Made by a program: the position numbers and the translations under genes. A model generated the notes under the pieces. The model did no database searches. It worked only from the letters and a program-made list of their open reading frames with translations, and was not told the DNA's origin. Positions 1-13,217 of a DNA stretch of 64,000 bases are shown here, piece by piece; the first letter of the stretch is position 1, and each line of letters opens with the position of its first letter. This stretch comes from Lama glama (Eukaryota): contig CM052817.1 of NCBI GenBank assembly GCA_028534125.1, positions 108,130,001 to 108,194,000 of the forward strand. The letters run 5' to 3'.

Positions 1-37
1 AAATAAAAGTTTTATTTACTTATTCCTTCTTCAATGC

Positions 38-75
38 ATATATGTATGTGTGTGTGTTTGTGTATATATATATAA
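38..75. repeat. (TA)n/(TG)n compound microsatellite
   Basis: Direct reading: catatatgtatgtgtgtgtgtttgtgtatatatatata. Confidence 0.85.
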
Positions 76-89
76 AAATAAGTTTGGTG

Positions 90-1390
90 GGGTTTTTTTC
101 TCTCCACACTAAATATTTAACCCCACTCTCTTCTTGTTTTCCAGGAGTTAAATCTTGTTCTTATATTTGCTTCCCTGGCTTCTTTCAGAATTTTTTTCTT
201 TCTCATTGATGTTCTATAATTTGAAAGTAATATGCCTAAGTGTAGGTTTTTTGGTGTTTATCCTTCTCAGTATTCTCTGAGCTTCCTGGTAGTTTGCCGT
301 CTCATACTACTTTGCAGAAATTCTCAGTAATTATTGTTTTAAATATTTCTTCTGCCTCTCTCTCCCTTCCTTGTCCTTCTGGTGTTCCCATTACGCATAT
401 GCCCCATAGTCCTTTGGTCTCCTGTTCTGTTTCTTTTCAGCCTTTGTTCTTTTTACTCTTTGGTTTTCAAGGATTCCGTTAGTACGTCCTCTAGGTCAAT
501 CTTTCCTCAGCCATATCCGATCTACTAATTAGCCCATGAAAGGCATTTTTATTTCTGATACAGTGTTTTTTCTATCTCTAGTGTTTCTTTTCGGTTCCTT
601 CTCAGGATGTCCATGCCTCTGCCGACACTGACCATGAGTTCTTGCACGCTCTCTACTTTACTTATTAGAGTCCTTAGTGTATTAATCATGGTTGTTTCGA
701 ACCCCTGCTCTGATCATTCCAATATCCCTGTCATGTCTATCTCTTCAAACTGTGATTTTTACCTTTTGGTGTGTCTTGTGTTTTTCTTCTTGATAACTAA
801 GCATGATGCCCCAGGTAGAAGGACCTGCTGTAGACATGCCTGCAGTGATGTGGCTGATGGTGGGGGAGAGGAGCATCCTCCAGCCCTGTGACTGGGAGTC
901 AGTCGTCCTGTGAGCTGGTGCCTCTGCAAGCGTCTCTGTTCTTCTCTCCCCCATTCGGTGGGGCAGGATGGCTAGAGTGGACTGGGGTTGTGTCTTCTCC
1001 TTCCCCCTGGTCAGTTAGCCTTTGATAATAACCCAGCAGGCGAGGCTGTGGTTAACTTGTTCCTCCTGATGGCAGCCTTGTTAAGACGAACACAGTGCTC
1101 TGGTTTATTTCAAAAGGGTCCCCTCTGCTTCCACACCCCCATCCCCCAACTCCCAATATACAACCCAGGGTATTTTTCTCTGATATTTACCATGGGGATC
1201 TGGTCTAGCTCCTGGAGGTAAATCTCAATTACTGTGGGGTCCCCTCTAGTGTCTGGAACCCCTAGAGTTTTAACTCTGAGTTACCTACATTGAGCCTCTA
1301 GCAATTCACCCATCACAGTTTAGGTCTCCTCCCCAGCACTGATGCCCACAGCCATTTCCTCTGTGAGTCTCCACTCTGGAAGCCCCAACC
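90..1390 (-). mobile_element. Old L1 (L1MC/L1MD-type) 5' region/ORF1 remnant
   Basis: T-rich antisense L1M motifs such as 'ttctctgagcttcctgg', 'gaaattctcagtaattattgttttaaatatttcttctg' and 'tctgatcattccaatatccctgtcatgtct'. No intact ORF. Confidence 0.75.
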
Positions 1391-3579
1391 CCCTTGTGCG
1401 GATCCCGGTGGGAGGAGAAAGGCGGCGATGGGCCCTGCCCTATGAACTACACCCGCAGTTCTAACGTCAAGGAGCTTTGCTCTTCAGTAACCTTTCCAAA
1501 GATGTCACGATTCATCACTGCTTGCAATCACTTAGTAAACCTGGTTTGTCTGATTGGAAAAGTTAACCCATAGGCTAAGAAAAGCTTATTTATATATCTT
1601 TTTCATTGAATAGAAAAATCATGATAAGTTGTTGACATTGTTTGTTTTTCTGGAGAAGAATCAGAAAGCCCAGGGGCTCTCTGGGCTGCAGGAAGAAAGC
1701 TGAAAGTTCTAGGATTGTGAATTTGGTGACAACCACCCTGCAGGCCCTGGTGGGTCTCGTTTTTGTTTTAGTGTATCCTAGGTTCATCTAGGATAATAAT
1801 CCTGGATCAGGCTTGTATCTAGGCTGCTTTTCTTGTGAGCAGCAAAGCTGTATTTTTCAAAGGTAGCAAAAGACAATTGTGATTTAGGGGAGGAACAGTT
1901 TGACACACAGCTCTCTCTGGCTCCTCCTTCCGAAGCCTCATAAACGTCTTTACAAAGACCTATTCTTCTAAGTTCCTTAGATGTTCTTTTGACAGAATTG
2001 GTCTCAATTGGTCCTGTGAAGCTCCCCAGAGACACACAGCGCATGATAGGACATTTGCAGCTTCCTTCTGAAGACAGCCATGTCAGCCTCCACTGAACCT
2101 TGTCTGAATTAGCTCTGCTGACCCCAGCGGGGCAGGCTCTCAAAACTCACATACACAGCTCTCCTGTTCACCTAAAATAGCAGCCTCTCTCTCTCTCAGT
2201 CCCTGTGTGTCTGTGATTTATGCCCTAAGGCATGTTAATGCTTTCATGCAGCTATTTCCATAAACAGAGAGTAAGTCATGCTTAAGTTGAAGGACTCTTT
2301 TCTCAAGAGGGAAAGATTACAAGTGTTCTTTCGTGTGTTCACACGGACGTCCTCATCCCTTAATCAAGTTCACCTGTAAAACAATGACCAAAGTGCCCCC
2401 TGAGAGTAAATGTAATTAGGCAAAGATATTTTCAGTGTTATTTGCCCTCCGCCAGGGAGCAAAAAAGAAAGCACAGCTATTTGCACTAGGCTTCTATAGA
2501 AACGGAAAAGAAAAAAAGGTACCTTTGAACAGGTAAGGAGTTTTTAGATGCAATGTTACATGCCATATCTCAGACACACATCTAGATTTTCCTACCAGCT
2601 ATGTGAGTCCAAGTATAGCAAATTTTATTTTTATCTTACTCCCAAAGATAATATAATAAATGGAACGCACAGGACAGGGTTAATTATTATAAGGAATATG
2701 AGTTCTTAGAAAATCCTTGAGGTTAATTAATTCAGTGAAAGAACTTTAAATCAATTCTAACATCCCCCCGTGATCATTCTTTATTATCTCCTGATCAGGC
2801 AAAACAGGTATTTGCTTCTTGATAATATTGGGATTTGGATGGTTCCTATGAGTGGTATTCTGCACCCAGCTTTAGTTCCAGATCCCAAATAGAAGTTTTA
2901 ATATAACATGGCAAATGTATTCTTTCCTCCAAGTGAATGGCCAGCTGTTCCCGCAGATCTTCCTTCAGCAATCCAGGATGTTAATTAATTCCCATTGATT
3001 TATCACACTGCCCTACAGTATGATAGCGGTTTTATCCATCTGGTGCTGAATTAGGTGCAAAAGTCACCAGATCGCCACTCCCTTCACCACCTACGTGTGT
3101 TTTCATGCACAGATACACTCCAGCACACTAGGGCTGTGGGCTTGTCTCCTCTTCCATGCAGTGAAAAATGTGTTTTGCAACTGCAGATGAAGGAGGGAAA
3201 TTAGGGTTTGATAATGTTGAGTTATGGCTGGGTAATTAGGGTGACCGGAAGGAAGGAGGGGAGAAGAGGGGGATAAATTATATGAAAGTGGCTTGGTCCT
3301 TTTTTTGATCCTTTGAGCTGATTGTGAACACCAATGAAGAGTAGAGACAGAGATATTTGTGAAAGTATAGAGTTGTTCCTTGTGTTTGGGTGTGTGTGCA
3401 AAATGTGGCACAGAGGTTGTTCTTTTCTACCTTTGAGCGGAATTTCAACTCAGTTGAGCACCAAAATGTTGAGAGCTACACCAATATCCCTCTCTCGACA
3501 AAAACACCAGCATCCCAGTCACAGGGGATGGCATGACGCTGCATGGCTGAAAGGGGTCTTCAGCTGCAGTAGAAGCAGA

Positions 3580-3692
3580 ATTTAAAATTAAAAATGCGAT
3601 GTCATTTACATTAACACTCAAGAAAATGAAATATTTAGATATCAATCTAACAAGTTACGTGCAAGATCTAGATAAGCAGAATCCCAAAGTCT
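3580..3692 (+). mobile_element. L1 ORF2 fragment
   Basis: 'aaaatgaaatatttagatatcaatctaacaag...gtgcaagatcta' resembles the L1 ORF2 KYLGINLTK.VQDL segment. Confidence 0.6.
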
Positions 3693-4519
3693 GAACCACC
3701 TAAAGGGGACTGAGGTTTGTAGTGATGGGGAAAAAATCTGAAATATCATTGACTTCATATATACAAAAATATATTAATCGTGAAATGTTTAATAAACTGA
3801 GTCTCTAGCAGTTTCCAGTGCACGGTTTTCTGAATAGACTCCATAGAGTTTTATAAAATGATAAATGATCCACCTACTACAAAAGAAATTTAAAAACTAA
3901 GCACTACGCAGATGATCACAGAATGTCATAGCAGTGAGGAAGAATTTAACACCGGTAGACCTAAATAACAAAATCATTTATTTTTACCATTCCTTTAATT
4001 TTGGCCAGGCAGACCCTCTGTTCATCACATTTCTTCATTTCACAGTTATAACATAAAGACACATTCTCCATTTCTGCACAATCCGAAAAACAATAATAAA
4101 CAAACCAGATGGAGAACCTTGCAGTGTACTCAAGGCGGTCGTGAATTAAAATGAGACAGAACATTGGACAGATATGATCAGGTCCTGAATCATCAGAAAA
4201 TGCATGGCTTTGGTTTTGTACTGTTTTGCCTAATGCTTTACCTTGTGCTTCATAATTTAAAATATTCTCAGCTAGTTGGGACTGATGATGAGAAGGAAAC
4301 ACAGGCCACTTTGGTCTATGAACATGGCTGAGAATCGAGCTCAGAGTTAGGGAGGCACACTGGAATCTGAGTAGCTAAGCTCCATGTGAGGCATTTCAAT
4401 TAATCAGACACACAAAAAATCCTTTCTAATTTTAAAAAAATGGGTTAAAACCTACTTGTTTTTCATCTCTAGCATTTCAACTTGATTATTTCTTATAGTT
4501 TCCATTAGCCTGATGAAAT

Positions 4520-4835
4520 CACCTACCTGGTTATGCCCATTCTGAAGCTTTTCTATAAGCCTGCAGCACATTCATCCTAGTTATTTTGAATTCCCTGTCT
4601 GATGGTTCAAACATCTGGGTTACATATCAGTATTGCTGTTTTGATTCATTTAGTTCTTGACAGTTTGTTCTTATTCTTGCTCTTTTGTGTCACTGAATTT
4701 TGGGTTGAAAGTCAGATGTTGTATGTATGACAGTGGGGGCTGTTCTCTTGTGTGATGAGGCCATTTACTATAGGAGGGTCAAACACTCCAGTCAGATCTG
4801 GGTTGTGTTTCGTTGTGTTTACTATGTTCAGCAAC
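4520..4835 (-). mobile_element. Old L1M 5' region fragment
   Basis: 'tagttattttgaattccctgtctgatggttcaaacatctggg' is a typical antisense L1M motif, similar to the motif near 680-730. Confidence 0.55.
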
Positions 4836-4837
4836 AC

Positions 4838-5086
4838 AAGTGAGTCTGTTTTTGTTTTGTAAAGAAGTTCATGTGTTTCATTTTTTTTTGAATTCCACAT
4901 ATTAGTGATATTATATGACATTTTTTTCTTTCTCAGTCTGACTTACTTCACTTAGAATGACAATCTCCTGGTCCATCCATCTTGCTGCAAATGCATTATT
5001 TTATTCTTTTTTATGGCTGAGTAGTATTCCATTGTATAAATATACCACAGCTTCTTTACCCAGTCATCTGTTGATGTACATTAAGG
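4838..5086 (-). mobile_element. Lineage L1 3'-region fragment
   Basis: 'gtgagtctgtttttgttttgt...ctgacttacttcacttagaatgacaatctcc...ttttatggctgagtagtattccattgtata'. Closely similar to 39965-40240. Confidence 0.85.
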
Positions 5087-8000
5087 TATAATACATGTTT
5101 TAAAATAAATTTTGGAAATACTGTTTCTGTAATCCTGGTTTCAAATCCATAAAATAGTTTGGTTTCACAATCAAAATCTGAGTTAATTCTCAGCTTCTGG
5201 TTGCAGAATCAACCTCTCTCTATATGTTTTTATTTTTAAACGAATCAAAACTATGGGAATGAGAAATCAAACTAGAAACTGCTTCTCTGACCCTAGAGGA
5301 CACTTTTGTTCTCTAATCACAAATAGACTAAAGGCTGCCAAGGGCAATAAAAAATGGACAAAGTTGGGAAAGGACTTCAGAGAGACTGATTTCTCATGAC
5401 AATGATTTCCTTTCATCTTTAGTCAACTGGGGCTAAAGGATCATTAGACACTTATTACAAAATAATTTTGGCATATGTCTCCAATGATATTAATTAATGA
5501 ACAAATGTTAAACCTCAATGTATTTGAGACACTATATCAAAGATTAGAGAAACTGGTGCAGTTCATCTTTCTAGTTTAATTTCTTGAAAAATGATTTAAA
5601 AATGAAGTACAATACTTTCCCAAAGTAGGGAGCAGTAGGCTCCATCCAATTCATTTAACATGCATATGTTTAAGTTTTAAGTGAATTCTCATTCCACTTT
5701 AAACCATCCTCGCTGTGATTTTATCATAACAACTTTATCACAGGTGTCGTCTTCCTAACTGCAGCCACGTAAAATTTCCTGCGCTTTGAAATTCATTTTG
5801 TAAAATTCTTTTCTCATTATTCTAGGTTGTTGATTTCATTTGCTATATGACAAGAATGAATTCCTCAAAATCATATTTAATTTGACTGGGAAAAGAAAGA
5901 GCAGTGGATTTGAAACACAATACACACAATACAATATTACCAACTAACTTATTCAGTGCACCTCTTATCTTGAATTCGTGTTCCATTAAACTGACCAGAA
6001 GAGACTAAATGATAAGAGTGTAAAAGACAACTTTAAGACTAAAGATCCAGAATTCAATCAGTTTCGTCAAGTGCTGACAAGGACTTGGAACTCAAGATCT
6101 GTATCAATTAATGAATGTTCCATTGAATCCCAAGTATCTCAAGATGGTGAATTTCAATTTCCTTTTAGTTACTCAAGCAAAGGCAGCCTTGTAGGGGTGG
6201 CAAACTTCTGAGTATCTTTCGCTTGTACGAGTTCAAGCTCTGTATTTTGTTTAAGGCTTATTTAATGAGACCAAAAATAAATCAACTTACAATTTATTTT
6301 CTTTTCTCCTTTCATCAGTGCTTTCTAGAAATACTTTTAATGAAATGCATCTTAGCACATGTACTTTACTCCTACTTTTTCAGATGCTTAAGGGGTGTCT
6401 CCTTGAATTTATTTTCTCTTTTAACTTTCAGTTGCTCCAAATATTCAGCTCATTAACTTTCCCTTGTCCTTGTTGACATATATTGTGGTTGCTTCACTAA
6501 GCAAACATATAAATATTCATAATTCATCCTGATAATTAATACCTAATTTATTGTGGTCCAAGCTTGTTAAACTTTTAAATTTATATTGATTTTATGTGTA
6601 AACCTAAGGAGATAGATAGTCTAAGAGAGAAAAAAATTTAGCCATGAATTATAAGCAAAGTATTTTTTCATAATTTGTTCAGGAAGATGAAGTCAGGAAT
6701 CAAGTGAAGATGGGGTGGAGAGATTATTTAATCTAATAAAATACAATTTAGAAAGAAAAATTTACTGATTGCAAATAAAGCAGATAAACTTTGTGAAGCT
6801 GGAAAATTTTTGAGGGCAGAACTGTGTGTTATTCATTTTTGTATCAACAAACCTTAACACAGGAATTGATCCCTAATAAATTGTCATTCACTGTATAATG
6901 TTTATGATTTATGGAGTGAAACGATCACTGATTCACTAAATGACTGAATACATCAGTGGACATGCCAATTTTGGGGGCAGCTTGGTAATACTTAGAATCT
7001 TCCACTAAAGTAACTCCAATCTGGACCTGCCATCAGTGACTTCCTGCTACTAATCAACTGTCTGTCCCAAGGCAAGGTGCTTAGTCCTTGTGGTTTTATT
7101 TTCACTTCTGTAGTTGGAGATGCTACATCTTAAAGAGACTGCAATCAATGTACCTCAAAAAATTTCATAAACTGTACAGACAAGTTGTTTCACAAGATCT
7201 TTAAATTCCAAGCTGGTATTCTGTGTTGATTTCTCCTTTTCTCTCAAATATGCGGATTTTCTTTTAAAAATATGGAAAAAGAGTCAACCTACTCCATTCT
7301 TTTTTCCCTCAGTATAATCTATACAAAGCAACACCTGCCGCCATATTGGAAAGCATGAACTCCACCAATAGGCAGAAGCTGTGTCTATGTAAACTCTCCA
7401 GTATGGTGGTGGAGTGAAAAACAAAACAATTTCACCAGCCAGAAATGATAACGAGGGCTATGAAAGATTTCTTTTTCTCCCATTATGTACCGGGACCTGT
7501 CTGAAATGATTTCTGTTTTCAAAAAACATCTCCTTTTTTTCATTCGTTATTTTGGGCTAGTCCATGAATCTTTAATGGGAACATATGAAAACTCAGCTTT
7601 AGCTCAATGGTGAACAGAAATGATACATCAGCATGTTTGTCTCCTACGTGCAGGAAGAAAGTCATGAGTAGGGTGACATCAGGACTCATGAAGGCTATTT
7701 GTAGACTTTTCTCAGCCATGCAATAAACTCTTAGGAAACTTTATCACTGACACAAGGAAAAGCGGCTTACCAATTTTTTTTTGTCTACTGAATTTAATGT
7801 AATTGATATGATTAAACTATTGTAACCATAGCAGTGAAGTCACCTTGTATGCACAGTAAGTCTCTACACCTAGAGAGATATTGATCAAAGTTCTTAGCTT
7901 AAGTTATATTTCTAATCATTATCAGTTAGCTCCTTGACATTTTCACATCTTGTTCAGTGATGAAAAAAAAATTTTTTTATAGTTACTTCTGTTTGACACT

Positions 8001-8624
8001 TCTTTGAGTGTCTTATATCACCCAGCATCATCTTAGTGTAAGAAATTACTTCTTTATTTTATCATAACATCATTCAGAAAATCTTTACTCCTTAATAAAT
8101 TTCAACTCACTGCTTCATACCTGTTCTGCTGTGTCCTCCACAAGCACATGCAGACATGCCTTTTGGTTACTAAATTTTCTCTTTTAGATTATCAGCCACA
8201 ATATATTGCAATTCATTAAATTAAAAATTTACACTCTCTTTTCTGGTATCTTTAGATGCTTCATTCTGTATATAGATGCCTATAAAATGTGAATGGCGGA
8301 CCATAACATAGTAGACAGAATACTCATCATCTTTCCATATATCGATAATAAGCTTCATACATTTTTCAGGAAAGCTTAACTCAGACAGAATAGAATCATA
8401 CCAACTCCTACTGCAAAGGTCAAGGACATGTATTTTCCTTTCGTGCGTTCATGCTTGCTTTGTCTTCCCTTGCTATTTGGAAATGGTACTAACAGCACTA
8501 ACTTCCCTTTTGTAATGTGTATCCATCCAGAACTGTGAGCTCAGTAGCAACAACGGTTGTACGCGTGCTACTATTTTATTATATAATGTAAACCTTCGTA
8601 CGTGGAAAGCTCCCGAGAGACTAT

Positions 8625-8765
8625 ACATCAGATTCCCTCATTTTATTAATGAAGAACTAGGGTACCTGGGGGACTTAAGATCATTTCTGTTTAGGTTGTT
8701 TAAGTACGGGCAGCATTAGTTCAAGAACTGTGGTTTTATGACGTCAAATTCAGTTCTCATCTTCA
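8625..8765. mobile_element. MIR fragment
   Basis: 'ccctcattttattaatgaagaactagggtacc' is a degenerate MIR core. Confidence 0.4.
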
Positions 8766-8839
8766 CCCTTTTGAAAAGATAGCCTCTTGGCTCTCTAATG
8801 TAATTTATCTTTGTGAGTATGCCATGTTCTCCTAGGAAG

Positions 8840-8889
8840 TGTAGTAGGTTCTGCAGCGAAACAGAACCAATAGGATATATATACAGACA
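8840..8889 (-). mobile_element. MLT2 (ERV-L LTR) terminus
   Basis: 'tgtagtaggttctgcagcgaaacagaaccaataggatatatata' matches the reverse of the MLT2 3' end as I recall it. Confidence 0.7.
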
Positions 8890-9200
8890 CAGGCGTACCT
8901 CACTTTACTGTACTTCCCAGACACTGTGTTTTTTACAACGTAAAGGTTTGTGGTGACCCCGTGACAAGTCAGTCGGCACCATCTCCCCAACAACACTTGC
9001 TCACTTCATGTCACAGCTTTTGTTGATAACAATATTCCAAACATTCTCTATGTTGTCATATTTTTATGGTGATCTGTCACCAGTGACCTTTGATGTTACT
9101 ACCATGCCTCTCTGGTGGCTTAGATGAGGATTAGCATTTTTCAGCCATAAAGTATTTTTTAATTAAGGTATGTGCATTGTTTTAGTCATAGTGCTATTAC
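8890..9200 (+). mobile_element. Tigger1 (TcMar) 5' portion, truncated
   Basis: Starts with the TIR-like 'caggcgtacctc'. Continues with 'gtgttttttacaacgtaaaggtttgtggtgacccc', 'gtgacctttgatgttacta' and 'aattaaggtatgtgcattgtttt', all Tigger1 consensus motifs. Confidence 0.85.
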
Positions 9201-10975
9201 GTACAAAATGGTGGGCAACATGGTAAGACCAGTGGATTCCTTGGGCTTGGGCCTGCTGCCATGCTTCTTTTGACATGAACTGAGTTCCTAATCAGAAGCC
9301 ATGCTGTGTGGAGCATCATGATTGTGAACAAGGCATTCTGTAAGATGAGAAGCATTGTGTGCAGAAAAGGCCAATCTGAATCCAGAGTGTTTACTCCAGT
9401 AAGAACAAAACACTGCCCTTCCATAACACGTTGGAGGTGGTCCAATGTATTCAACCTACTACCAAGTAGCTGGCTGATTACCCTGGGAAAGGATGTCACA
9501 TCAGAGGCCCAGTACTGGGCACTTAGCTGGGCCTAGAGCTAGGTTGGCCTTGGTGAATTGAAGTCCTTGCTGCTGAAACCATGCAAGACCTCCATCCTTG
9601 CCACCATGGCCACTTTGTTTTCATGAGCCCACTGGGCAAAGAAAGGGGGACCAGGAAAGAGGCTGATGGGTATTCACAGAATGTGTCATCCAAGCTACTT
9701 GATTTTTAAGTTCTCTGTCTGCTGAGATGCTTGTGTTTGCTCTGGGACACACATATCTTAATGTCTTTTGCCCTTTGAGACAAGGATATTCACATACATT
9801 ACCCTCAAATTTCTTTGTCACCAATTTTCCAATCATGTTCCTTCCAAGTCCTTGACCATCCAACCAATGCAGTTGTTGGCTACAGCCCATGAATTGGTAT
9901 CATTGCATGTCTGGCAATTTCTCCTTCCAACCAGGTGCACTGCCCAACATTCCACCCCCTGGAAGGATTTCCCTTCACTGTGTCCTTCAGGGATGTTCCA
10001 GAGAAGGGCAGTAACATTGCATCTGCCCACTTCTGGATGGTGTCTGCATATTGTGCAGAACCATATGTCAAGCAGACCCTAGTTTCTCTTCTTTTGTCAA
10101 CTAGTTGTAGAGAACTCTCCATGAGGTGACAGGTGTAGGGTTGGAGGTAGAAAGGCAGTGTTGCTGGGCTCTCTGGGGCTATGGTCCCCATGGACATTTG
10201 GACCACTTCTTCATGTAACTTTCTTGTGCTCTATGGCCCTGATGGCCCAATCACATATGTTCCATTTCCATTTGATGATAAAGCGTGGCTTCTCAAACTC
10301 AAATTCGTGGTTTGGTGGCCCAGATAACACCCAGTTGGTGATTGGCAGCTTGGGTCACATGGTAACTTGGTAGCCCAGGGTGAAAAGTTTGGTCTCCACC
10401 AACGCTCAGGAGCAGACCAAGAGCCATCTCTTAGAGGGACGGTAGTTATCTGCAGATGATGGTGGATCATCCTCCAAAATCCTAAAGGTCTGCCCGGAAA
10501 GTTCCCTCTAGGACCTTCCAGAGGTTCCAAAGAGCAGCTGGACCCACCACTGCCACCTCCAGCACCACTGGGTCTGCTGGAGCATGTGGCCCACGTGGTG
10601 GGATGGCCAGCACAATTGTCTGGACTTCGCTGAGCCTTCTCTGTTCTGGGTCCCCTTTAAAACTAGCCGATTTTCAGACTGCTCAGAAAATGGGCTGGAG
10701 GAACACATCCAGATGAGGACCATCTTGCCTCCCAGGTCCAAAGAGGCCCACTAGGCACTGTGCTTCTTTTCTGGTGGTAGGAGAGGTCAGATGCAACAAC
10801 TTACCTTTCACCTTGGAAGGGCTACCTCTACATGCCCCCCCTCACTGGACTCCTAGAAATTTCACCATGGCAAACGCCCCCTGGATTTTATTCAGACTGA
10901 TGGCTTACCCTCTGACAGGCAAATGTCTTATGAATGAGTTTAGTTGCCATTTTGAGCTCACTAATTTCAATGAGA
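9201..10975 (-). mobile_element. ERV-L internal pol relic (RT C-terminus, RNase H, integrase), frameshifted and non-functional
   Basis: Minus-strand ORF fragments carry ERV-L Pol motifs: RPLGFW (10231-10530), SGTSLKD/EGKSFQ for RNase H (9833-10206), and GQCFVLTGVNT for integrase (9197-9499). Many stops and frameshifts. Confidence 0.9.
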
Positions 10976-13023
10976 TATATATAGAGAGATGTACAGATAT
11001 GGTAGAAATCTGTTAGGTTGGGTTACAGAGACCCCTATGTTCATGCAGTGCTGATGAAACGGATTCTGATTGTGAAATAAGAAGTGTGACTAATACTGTT
11101 TTGGAGTGGAAAGAAAGGAGAAAATAAACATGGAAGGAAATCTTAAGTTTTGAACTAATTGTGGCTTTTGCAGAATATCTTAAGTCCTATTTGTCCTATT
11201 CAGGTAAAGGAGAATAAAGAAACAGGAACCACGTGGACACAGTAGCAATGAATTAGGCAGGAGGAAATGGTATGTATCTGCAGGAGAGCACTTTGAACAT
11301 TACTAATTTTGTACACAGATTTGGGCCAGAAACAGTGATTTCACCAGTGTCTGTAGCTCACATCAGTGCAAGTGCAATTATTTCAGAGGAAGATTTGCAC
11401 ATGGCTGGAGTTCCTCCATCCTCTGGAGGAGGCTGAGATCACGAATCTGGGAAATGAGGAGTTAGTATTGAGGTCATTAGTAAGCCCTTCCTCTACCTAA
11501 TAAGTAGGGTTGCATTAGCTGTTACTCGTGTCATTATTAATGCACAGAATATTTGTACTAGAGGGAATCCTACTTACAGGCCCTTTTTGTGGTCAGTCTT
11601 AGTGCAAACACTACAGGGGCAAACAAGACAACTGACCAAAGTCTTTCCATGCTCAACAAGCTGACCTATATCTGAGTATTTTGGAAACTATTCAAATTGA
11701 ATAGCTTAAATAATAATGAGCTGAGTTAAAGGACCTTAATCATGGTCCACATTTATCACATCCTGATAACAATCATATAGGATATGTCTATATCTAAATA
11801 TTTTTATCTTTGTAATTGTATACTTACAGCCTAGTAGTTTGGTAAAATAACTTTATTTTGCAATTGTAAACTTATTCAGGGGTTATGTGTTTCCCATCAT
11901 TGACCCCTAGCGCTTAAACTAGTGCTCACAAAGGAACTCAATTAACATTTATAAATATCACAATAACCAGATAGATTAACTCTAGATTGTCCTAGACAAT
12001 CTTCTCAAGATTGAAAAATCCATCATAGAGTTACAAACAGTTCCATTAAGCAGCACAGAAGAACAGTTTTCTCAGCCAGACAATAAATGTTTTCATCTGT
12101 ATCCATCATCTCAGATTCATGAATATATTGAAAAGGAAAGACATTTGGCAGTGGTGTCTGTGGTGTGTGTGTTTTAGGGTATAAAGATGATTCATTCTAC
12201 TAAAAATCACATGTTGCACAATCTGAACTTTGATCAGACTTCTTAAGAAGAATTTCTAGTTGGCCCCATACCACTGAATATTAATTATTTCCCTTTGGCT
12301 CTTGGCCACAAAATATCCTTGGCATAAACGTTGATCTAATCTAGCACTAATTTCAAATAAGAGAAAACAGATGAATTAAATTTGAGGGGAGAGTTCAAGA
12401 TATTATATCACGTCATATCATTTTATTTAAATACAAATAGATTATTTTTTTTGGCCAGTGATATTACAATGATAATTTTCACTTTATTGCCAGTAGAGCA
12501 TTGGAAATGTTTTTGAAAGCATTGTTATCCCGGTAAGGTCTAAGACCAAGCAACTAATAAAGTTAAGAAATGATCAACGTATCAACCCTCCAGGAACTTT
12601 GAAGCTCTCTTTTTTTGGTGTCTACTTTCTGTTGGATGAGCTTGGAAAGACTGGATTGATTATTATTTCCAAAAAACCAGGTTCAGTATGATTTTATTAG
12701 TATTTATAAATTGGTAGAAACCAGTTTGTTGGCTCCTGAATAAATGCTCTTCAAGTAAATAATAAATAATACAAGTATTTAGAATTCTTCCATATGAAGA
12801 ATTTTTAAACATATATTATTGAATTATGTCTTATAAACCAAAATACCTTTCTTTCAGTGCCTTCTTTTCTGATAGTTCCTGCACATTGGATTTGTAGATG
12901 TTAATATTCTCTAGGAAGCAATGTGCTAAAGGACTTATGTCTTTTCAATGAGCAGTGCTCTTAGTGGTTATTACTGCTCAAGGGCTGACATAACTGAAAG
13001 GTCAATGCCTGTACCTTTATTCT

Positions 13024-13217
13024 CTAATTCCCAAGGTTTGAATTGACAAACAGATCATGTCGATTGATGGAGAATACGCTGTTTGATTTTTCTAAGAGCT
13101 TTGTTGTGGGAAAAGCATCATCTTTGCTGCAAACTGCCCTGGAGCCCTTGTTACCTGCAGGTGCCTCTTTGTCTTTAACTTTAACCACAGGATCTGTCAC
13201 TTGTGGCTGGTGCAGGC
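13024..13217 (-). other. Candidate terminal exon of an unidentified transcript
   Basis: Acceptor 'ctgactgttttctgcag|GC', then a 64-codon frame (LHQPQVTDPVVKVKDKEAP...NSNLGN*) ending in TAG at 13024-13026. AATAAA follows at 13016-13021. No recognised homolog. Confidence 0.25.

Noticed and set aside
1784..2143. 119-aa minus-strand ORF as a gene
   Set aside because: Non-ATG start, no recognisable domain and no convincing splice context.
9197..11016. Dense ORF cluster as a possible functional or domesticated retroviral gene
   Set aside because: Short frameshifted pieces of ERV-L pol with no continuous frame.
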